In this document: piece by piece, positions 63,108 through 64,000 of the stretch
How the letters are laid out: each line of letters opens with the position of its first letter
Position numbering within the stretch: position 1 is the first letter of the stretch
Origin: Myxococcota bacterium
GTDB lineage: Bacteria; Myxococcota_A; UBA9160; UBA6930
DNA length: 64,000 bases
Assembly: GCA_965223705.1 (NCBI GenBank)
Contig: OZ245015.1
Location: 2,912,001-2,976,000, forward strand
Direction of reading: 5' to 3'
The notes under the pieces: model-generated
Database searches by the model: none
The model's input: only the letters and a program-made list of their open reading frames with translations
Told to the model about the DNA's origin: nothing
Program-made: the position numbers and the translations under genes

Positions 63108-64000
63108 CTAGAACAAGCCGCGCGCCGCTTCGAGCACGCGCTCGGTCGACGGCATGTACGCGTCTTCCAAGACGCTGCTGAAAGGAACCGGCGTGTGCGG
63201 CGCCGTGACGCGTTTCACGGGCGCATTCAGATAGTCGAACCCTTGGTCGACGCAGAGCGCAGCGATGTCGCTCGCGATGCCGCAGCGCGGAGTCGCTTCG
63301 TCGATCACCACCACCGCACCGGTCTTCTCGAGGCTCGACAGGATCGCGTCTTCGTCGAGCGGCTGAAGCGACCGCAAGTCGATGACTTCCGCGCTCTTTC
63401 CGTCGGCCGCGAGGTGATCCGCCGCGGACAACGCGGTCTTCACGGTCGCTCCGAAACCGATGAGCGTCAGGTCGCTGCCTTCGCGCACGACGTTCGCACG
63501 ACCGAGCGGAACCTCGTAGTCGCCCTCGGGCACTTCACCGCGTTCGTTCAGGACACCTTTCGCTTCGCAGAAGATCACCGGATCGTCGTCGCGAATCGCG
63601 GCGAGCAGCAGCCCCTTTGCGTCGGCCGCATTGCTGGGGATCACCGTCTTGAGCCCGGGGATGCCGGTCGTGATCCAGTAGAGCGACTGCGAGTGCTGTG
63701 CCGCCGCGCGCATGCCCGCGCCGGAAACCGTGCGGACCGTGAGCGGCACCTTCGCCTTGCCGCCGAACATGTAGCGGAGCTTCGCCGCCTGATTGAGCAG
63801 CGGATCGAGGCAGACGCCGATGAAGTCGCAGAACATGAGCTCCGCTACGGGCCGCATCCCCGTAGTCGCCGCCCCGACCGCGGTCCCGAGCAGTCCCATC
63901 TCGCTGATCGGTGTGTCGAGCACGCGGTCCGGCCCGAAGGTCTTGACGAGCCCTTTGGTCACGCCCAGGACGCCGCCCATTTCGTCTAGATCTCCGCCTT
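63108..64000 (-). CDS. acoB: acetoin/2-oxoacid dehydrogenase E1 beta subunit, 5' end outside the window
   Basis: GGVLGVTKGL, RVLDTPISE, GMRPVAELMF.DF, NQAAK.RYMFGG, AAQHSQS; the frame stays open to the window edge. Confidence 0.85.
   Translation of the reverse strand, partial: GGDLDEMGGVLGVTKGLVKTFGPDRVLDTPISEMGLLGTAVGAATTGMRPVAELMFCDFIGVCLDPLLNQAAKLRYMFGGKAKVPLTVRTVSGAGMRAAAQHSQSLYWITTGIPGLKTVIPSNAADAKGLLLAAIRDDDPVIFCEAKGVLNERGEVPEGDYEVPLGRANVVREGSDLTLIGFGATVKTALSAADHLAADGKSAEVIDLRSLQPLDEDAILSSLEKTGAVVVIDEATPRCGIASDIAALCVDQGFDYLNAPVKRVTAPHTPVPFSSVLEDAYMPSTERVLEAARGLF

Noticed and set aside
61836..63989. 717-aa plus-strand ORF
   Set aside because: Antisense to acoC/acoB; no motifs.

Overview
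High-GC, densely packed chromosomal window from a Gram-negative (diderm) bacterium. Gene content (DUF1302/RND/YCF48 module, many LLM and CoA-transferase paralogs, ExbB/ExbD, waaF) suggests an uncultured Myxococcota/Binatota-like organism, which is an inference only. Five blocks are visible. (1) 1-9.3 kb: ABC-exported surface polysaccharide locus with two AsnB-type amidotransferases, an epimerase, two paralogous glycosyltransferases, wzm/wzt and a coiled-coil methyltransferase. (2) 9.3-20.4 kb: FG-GAP secreted protein, Na+/solute symporter and a six-gene translationally coupled operon tetR-vWA-exbB-exbD-exbD-TPR-like. Its vWA protein has a TonB-type SxxxH membrane anchor and Pro/Lys stalk, and the operon sits behind a 40-bp double palindrome. 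This is the best candidate for an undescribed proton-motor system. (3) 20.5-29.5 kb: SCP2-like/hydrolase/LLM/YCF48/RND/DUF1302 module for hydrophobic compounds. (4) 29.7-58.4 kb: a catabolic island rich in C-N cleaving enzymes: Co-type nitrile hydratase with displaced activator, amidase, hydantoinase A/B with a fused acetone-carboxylase-gamma-like domain, orphan pxpA, a RutA-like LLM with an AllA-like lyase, amidohydrolases and three class III CoA-transferases. (5) 58.4-64 kb: acoB/acoC-like genes and a Gfo/Idh - radical SAM - waaF unit. No rRNA, tRNA, CRISPR array or mobile element was recognised. All calls come from motif recognition by eye; no database searches were run.
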